64,000 bases of DNA from Dimorphilus gyrociliatus. Taxonomy: Eukaryota > Animalia > Annelida. The stretch is taken from NCBI GenBank assembly GCA_904063045.1, contig CAJFCJ010000015.1, forward strand, positions 1,185,034 to 1,249,033, read 5' to 3'. Under the pieces are notes generated by a model. That model did no database searches and was not told the DNA's origin. It saw nothing but the letters and a program-made list of their open reading frames with translations. Shown here in pieces: positions 63,089-64,000 of the stretch. A program made the position numbers and the translations under genes. The stretch's first letter is position 1. Each line of letters starts with the position of its first letter.

Positions 63089-63098
63089 CAGATGGCGC
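63089..63098 (+). promoter_or_regulatory. CTCF-like core CAGATGGCGC in a GC island after LRRC74, probably the promoter of the next gene
   Basis: Motif match within a CpG-containing patch. Confidence 0.4.
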
Positions 63099-64000
63099 GC
63101 TAATAGCAAACCTATCCCAGAAACCCGTCGTAATTCAACATGGCGGTTGTTTAGTTTTACAAATATGTATACAAAAAATCATTTGTTTCTCGTTTGTTTC
63201 AATTATAACTGTCGATCGAGCATCAATTAATGGTGATATAAGGAATCTCCGTATCATTAAGAAGTATTTTAAAAGTTCACAAAATTTGACAACTCTGAAA
63301 AACAAGTATTACTAAGCAAAGAGCAATGAGGTTCGATTTATTTCTATTCTTAATTAGTCTGTTTAATAGATTATGTTAGTTATTTTGTCTCTTCATATTA
63401 CGTATATACGACATTAATTAAACAAGGCAGCGATTACTATCTGTTATCAATTTGTACTTGGTAAACGCGAATTAACCTACCGGCTTTAGGCCAAGATGCT
63501 TTTTCCGTTTCGCTAGTTATCAATCGATTTCTATCACCTGTATACTTCATATCGAAGGTATTAACACAAACGTAAAAAGGGTCGAATGATTATGCCAAGC
63601 TTGTAAGTGACTCATTCCAAGCTATGGCTCATCGGAAAGTTGGCCGTTGTATAAATTTCCCGTTCTTCATTTCCGATTTGTGAGTCGAGAGAGGAGTATG
63701 AACATTCTCTTCGAACAGTCTTGGGTAGCTTCCAACGTTTCGTGCCAACCGATTGTCGATGTACAATGGTACAACAATCAACAAACAGCGTAAGCTTTAA
63801 ATAATTATGAACAAAAACAAAATAACTATGATCCTTAAGCCTTTGTTAATCGCGAATCTTTAGATATTTCCGCTTAAATTATTTAATATAAATATTCTGT
63901 ATAATAGTATCTCCAGCGGCTGCATGTAAATTGATAATCTTGGAGAGGATGAGGGACGGATTCTGCGATCTCTTCAAATTTATTGATGTTTTCATGCTCT

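Noticed and set aside
1-64000. Prokaryotic features (CRISPR, IS elements, rho-independent terminators) or transposon ORFs
   Set aside because: No spaced direct-repeat array and no transposase, RT or integrase motifs were seen; the gene structure is spliceosomal.

Overview
Eukaryotic (animal) genomic DNA: AT-rich and gene-dense, with GT-AG introns mostly 50-95 bp. The ORF track splits most genes, so I rebuilt exon structures by hand from splice signals and reading-frame phase. About 17 protein-coding genes are supported, in order: Kelch-repeat protein, SERINC-like, HSD17B8, OGG1, V-ATPase subunit A, two small orphans, SCCPDH, ankyrin/SOCS-box protein, a ~1440-aa SRCR-like/PAN/C-type lectin/TSP1 membrane protein, Bark beetle/Anakonda, an atypical CMGC kinase, NPDC1/CAB-1, AREL1, NR2E3 (PNR/Hr51), an ADAM10/17-like protein lacking the zinc-binding motif, a CCCH-WWE-PARP, and LRRC74-like. 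Gene content and compactness point to a bilaterian invertebrate with a miniaturised genome; a spiralian such as the annelid Dimorphilus is my guess (inference only). I found no rRNA, tRNA, CRISPR array or recognisable transposon. There is one 167-nt assembly gap. The best leads are the triple-module lectin receptor, the pseudoprotease ADAM lying 240 bp behind a PARP (operon-like), apparently duplicated juxtamembrane exons in NPDC1, a CTCF-like motif recurring just upstream of many start codons, and the large non-coding domain around NR2E3. All coordinates and counts are manual and may be off by a few bases.
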